From Macrostomum hystrix (taxonomy: Eukaryota > Animalia > Platyhelminthes): a stretch of 64,000 nucleotides of DNA. The stretch covers positions 6,200,001-6,264,000 of the forward strand of contig CATNEN010000034.1 in NCBI GenBank assembly GCA_950097015.1, read 5' to 3'. Below, in pieces: positions 59,830-64,000 of the stretch (positions are counted from its first letter, which is position 1; the number at the start of each line of letters is the position of its first letter). Under the pieces are notes generated by a model that ran no database searches, was not told the DNA's origin, and saw nothing but the letters and a program-made list of their open reading frames with translations. The position numbers were made by a program, and so were the translations under genes.

Positions 59830-62800
59830 ATGAGTGAATTAGCACCTGCATATGATTTTATTTTTCCTGCTGAAAGAGTCTTTAACTGTGCAGGTGTCAT
59901 ACCTGGTGATGATGTCTATACCCATGAAAGAGATATGTGCGCAAGAAGACGAACTGCAAAGCTTATTCAGCAGATGGGAATCGGATTAAGATGGTAATTG
60001 TGAACTCTGCCTATTTTTAAACAATTTTCTATATTTTCTTCATATTTGTACTTGCTAAAATGTTTAGCCTTAAAATTTTTTAGTAGCTCGCACTAACACG
60101 AAATTTATTTTGCAATGTGTTATTTTTTAGCAATGGTTAAGTTGTCATATGAATGCAAATAAAAAATTGACATGCAATGCCATGGGCTCCTAGGGATCTA
60201 AAAATAAAAATTATCGAAAATGTGAACTTGGAAGCTTGTTTAAACATATAGCATTAGTAGGGACTCTAGTGAGAGAAAAAAACAGGAAAAAAATGAAAAA
60301 AAGATAAAAAACAATGCTATGTTCTGATGAAAAAAAGAGCATAAATTTTATGTTAAGAAAGTAAAGCCTACTGTCAATAGAAAGAAGATAAAATTCACTT
60401 TACAACAAGTGTTTATACGCTACAATTAGTGCAAAAACAAAAAAGTTATATGGTGTATGGTCTCTACAATTACAAGTTAAAGGCCTATGGTCTCTACAAT
60501 CAAGTAGGGCCTATGTACTTATTTAGCTATTCAGTAGGCCTAGTTGTTGATCAAAGTCCCCACTCCCCACTGTCTTGCCAAGAAATAAATAGTGCAAGGC
60601 TATAGAAGACACTATAAGCCAAATCAGCAGTAGATAATTTTGGCTAGATAGTCATCTAGCAATCTAACAAGGGCAATAAACTGTTCATTAAGTGGTTCAA
60701 TCCTCGCAACAACAAAATAAAATTTTTACTTTTAAGTTTTCTGTATTTTTGCTTTGTTCATTGAAGTTCAGATTAAAAACTTATTTTAGGCTGCCTGGAA
60801 CTTTGAAACAATGAATACTTTTTCCTTAAAAAACCTTTTCTAAGATAGACACTAACATAGAAATCCTAGGAAATTGTCTTAATTTAATGTTTTTGGTATT
60901 GTTATAAACATGTTGTTAAAAATAAAAACATTCAACATTCTAATGACACTACCCAACCATCAAACCCAAGACCAAATCTGAGCTGGAAACCCTACACCAA
61001 ACCCCAGAATCTGGTGCTAAAAACTGATCAGAAACCTGACCCAAAGCCAAACCCCTACTGTGTACAGTATTAAAATAAGAATTTTTCCTTGCAAATTATA
61101 AAATGACACTTGTAATTGAAATTTGAATAATTTGAATAATTTGAATAATTGAAATTTACATGCTTTAATATATGCACTTATTATAAATCACAAGAATCCT
61201 AAACATATTGCAGGGCTCATAAAATTGTTTTTGTAACACCAAAGTTTTAGGATTCTAATTTTTCTGCTTTCTTGCTATGCAAGGTCCCAGTCGAGAATCA
61301 AAATTAATCAAAATTTGTAATGAGTGTAAATTAGGTTTTTTGAAGTTTTTTCAAGAGAACTCTCCACAAGAAAGCAAAAAGACAACATTTCTACAAACAG
61401 ACTTTGACAAGCAAGTTTCTTGCAAGCAAAGTATTTTACAGACATCAAAAATTTTCTACAATCTGAATTATAATGATTTTTCTTGTCAATTCATTGAAAG
61501 AACCCATTAGTTGTCATTCCAAATTTGTGAAAGTTTTTCAAAATGCAGCAACTTCTGAGTGCCGAATACATCTTTGAATCTGCTGATTACCTAAGTTATG
61601 ATCATTTTGATTTATTTCTAATTGTTAAGTCTACTAAAAGCTTAGAGTTCATTTTTGTTCAAAAGTCATTTTTATTAAGTGGCTATATTGGAAACAAATT
61701 AATTGGTTGGTAAAAATTGGTACAGAGGCCGAAAGGCTCACTCATTAAATAAAGTAGAACTTACTTTGCTACATTGCTTTTAGTTTTCTAAGTGCTATTG
61801 GCCTTAAAGTAATTTATATTTTTTAAGAAAATAAATATTGTATACTTTTCTATATCATAAGTTAATTGAATGAACATTGTTGGTTAGACAAACTGTAAGA
61901 ATTTGTATTGCATTTCTGAATACTGAAATCTCATCCTTCATTAAATTCACTATTCACTGAAATTCACTGATATAATGCATAATCCCCACTATTGGTTAAT
62001 GCAGCAGTCAGGTGGTGATGAATTCGGCCATCATCATGATGCACCGTCTATTTGTCTATTGGCCGTCTCACAAGCTGCCTTTAGGCAAAGTGGCCGCCGC
62101 CTGCTTCCTATTGGCCACAAAGATTGAAGACTGTCCGCGCAGACTTAATTTCATTGTTCAGCAATACTTTAAACACGAGCGACAGGTTGTTGATATGAAA
62201 CAGGTAAGAAGCCTGCATCTTAGTTTTTTTAATTCTTTCTATCCAAACTAAATTAGTTGTAGAACAGTAGTTAGAGCATCGAACTTCTCCACCGAGAGGT
62301 CGAGAGTTCGAATCATCACCGAAGGAGACCACGGAATTCAACATAGCTTAAGTTAACTTCGCTGAAAAATGGGGACCAACATTATCTGAGGAAGTCTGGC
62401 GGCCAACCCAGTCCACGGACTGAACTCTGCGAAATAGCTGCAGCTGTATATTTCATGCAGTCTCAATTCCAGAAACCAATGTCACATCCTGAGAATATCA
62501 CATGGTCCAACTTACAAAATTGGTCTAATAGTCTCTTCGTTATTGGTTTTTTTTCCCAGGTCAGCAACGAGGAGATGTCTCTGGTTAGCGAGGAAATTGT
62601 CCTCCTGGAGAACCTGATCCTTCCCTGTCTGGGCTTCAACCTGTCAATCACGCAGCCTCAAAGTGTTCTGGCGCGAGGAGTTAAAATGCTAAATTTGCCA
62701 AGCAGCCTGACCCAGACGGCCTATTATCACTGCACCAACCTGTTGCACCTGACTATCATGGTGCTCAGGTTGCGCCCCGAGACATTCGCCGCCGCCTGCG

Positions 62801-62988
62801 TCCAGATGGCCGCGTCCTGGAGCAACGCCGAGCTGCCCAAGGCCGCCGACAATGGCGGAAAGAATTGGTTTAACTTTTTCGATCCTAATATGACACCTGA
62901 ACTGCTCAAAGCTGCTGTTGACGAGTGCATTAGGGAACTCACCAAAGTGCCACCGGATGCCAAGCAGACTCTTAAAGATAGCATCAAG
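59830..62988 (+). CDS. CCNT: Cyclin T-like protein (P-TEFb subunit), 3' end not resolved in this window
   Basis: Exons 59830-59993, 62005-62203, 62560-62988 (phases 2, 0). Cyclin-box motifs: RRRTAKLIQQMG..LRCSQVVMNSAIIMMHR, AAACFLLATKIED.PRRL, ENLIL..LGFNL, QTAY...TNLLHLT, WSNAELP...GKNWF...D. A GTGAG donor follows 62988. Confidence 0.88.
62255..62450 (+). mobile_element. SINE family A, diverged copy in cyclin T intron 2
   Basis: AGTTGTAG...AGTAGTTAGAGC...GAGGTCGAGAGTTCGAATC...GCTGAAAAATGGGGACC...CCCAGTCCACGGACTGAA. Confidence 0.65.
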
Positions 62989-63064
62989 GTGAGCAGCTAG
63001 CTTTCAAATACTATTAGCCAAAAAGTACACGATTTGAAATCAGTCATTTGAAATCTATAATTTG

Positions 63065-63770
63065 TGATGCTTGGATTATAATGTAGGATTCCTGATGTTT
63101 GCATTATAATGTAGGATTCCTGATGTTTGCATTATAATGTAGGATTCCTGATGTTTGCATTATAATCTAGGATTCCTGATATTTGGGTTATAATGTAGGA
63201 TTCCTGATGTTTGCATTATAATGTAGGATTCCTGATGCTTGCATTATAATGTAGGATTCCTGATGTTTGCATTATAATGTAGGATTCCTGATATTTGGGT
63301 TATAATGTAGGATTCCTGATGCTTGGATTATAAAGTAGGATTCCTGATGTTTGGATTATAATGTAGGATTCCTGATGCTTGGATTATAATGTAGGATTCC
63401 TGATGTTTGGATTATAATGTAGGATTCCTGATGCTTGGATTATAATGTAGGATTCCTGATGCTTGGATTATAAAGTAGGATTCCTGATGTTTGGATTATA
63501 ATGTAGGATTCCTGATGTTTGGATTATAATGTAGGATTCCTGATGTTTGGATTATAATGTAGGATTCCTGATGTTTGGATTATAATGTAGGATTCCTGAT
63601 ATTTGGGTTATAATGTAGGATTCCTGATGCTTGGATTATAAAGTAGGATTCCTGATGCTTGGATTATAATGTAGGATTCCTGATGCTTGGGTTATAATGT
63701 AGGATTCCTGATGTTTGGATTATAATCTAGGATTCCTGATGTTTGGATTATAATGTAGGATTTCTGAATC
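63065..63770. repeat. Minisatellite, 28-bp unit ATGTAGGATTCCTGATGTTTGGATTATA, ~25 copies
   Basis: Tandem array in a cyclin T intron. Confidence 0.95.
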
Positions 63771-64000
63771 TACGATTAGCATTTCTAAAAACGCTTTTAC
63801 GCAAGCTCGGCCACAGATCAAAGAAAATATTTGGCAGCTAATTTATTTAAATAGTGCGTAAAATTTTCTAAAGGCCAACTTCAAAAGCTTGCTTAGATAA
63901 TCGATTGGTCTCATCAATAGCTGCCGGATTCCGTTTTTTACTGACAGTGGAGCTGGCAGTTCGCAAAAGGACTTACAGTTTTTGCTGTCAACTGTCAGCA

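Noticed and set aside
63880-64000. Next cyclin T exon (acceptors ...GCTTAG or ...CTGACAG)
   Set aside because: One candidate stops after 7 codons and the other has no recognisable similarity before the window ends; this cannot be resolved here.

Overview
This is eukaryotic, animal genomic DNA: AT-rich introns and intergenic DNA, GC-rich exons, GT-AG introns. It is probably a lophotrochozoan invertebrate, and the repeat landscape resembles the free-living flatworm Macrostomum (inference, not verified). I assembled eight protein-coding genes by hand with phase-consistent splice junctions: (1) a type I membrane receptor with Ig + 5 FN3-like domains resembling gp130/Domeless (minus strand), (2) CNBP, (3) an intronless universal stress protein, (4) a ~1990-aa DUF4062-NACHT (NWD1/2-type) protein, (5) cysteine dioxygenase, (6) hunchback, (7) a divergent class A GPCR, and (8) a 3'-incomplete cyclin T. 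About 13 kb (~20%, hand tally) is tandem repeat from many different unit families. The window also holds three tRNA-derived SINE families, a hAT MITE nested in a minisatellite, a LINE 3' fragment and a foldback repeat. The most notable observations: a terminal exon missed by the ORF track that adds a Dpy-30 dimerisation motif to the NACHT protein; the gp130/Dome-like receptor with a non-canonical tail; and seven perfect TTGCGCAA (C/EBP-type) palindromes confined to the hunchback locus. No CRISPR, rRNA or genuine tRNA genes were found. All calls were made by eye; no database searches were run.
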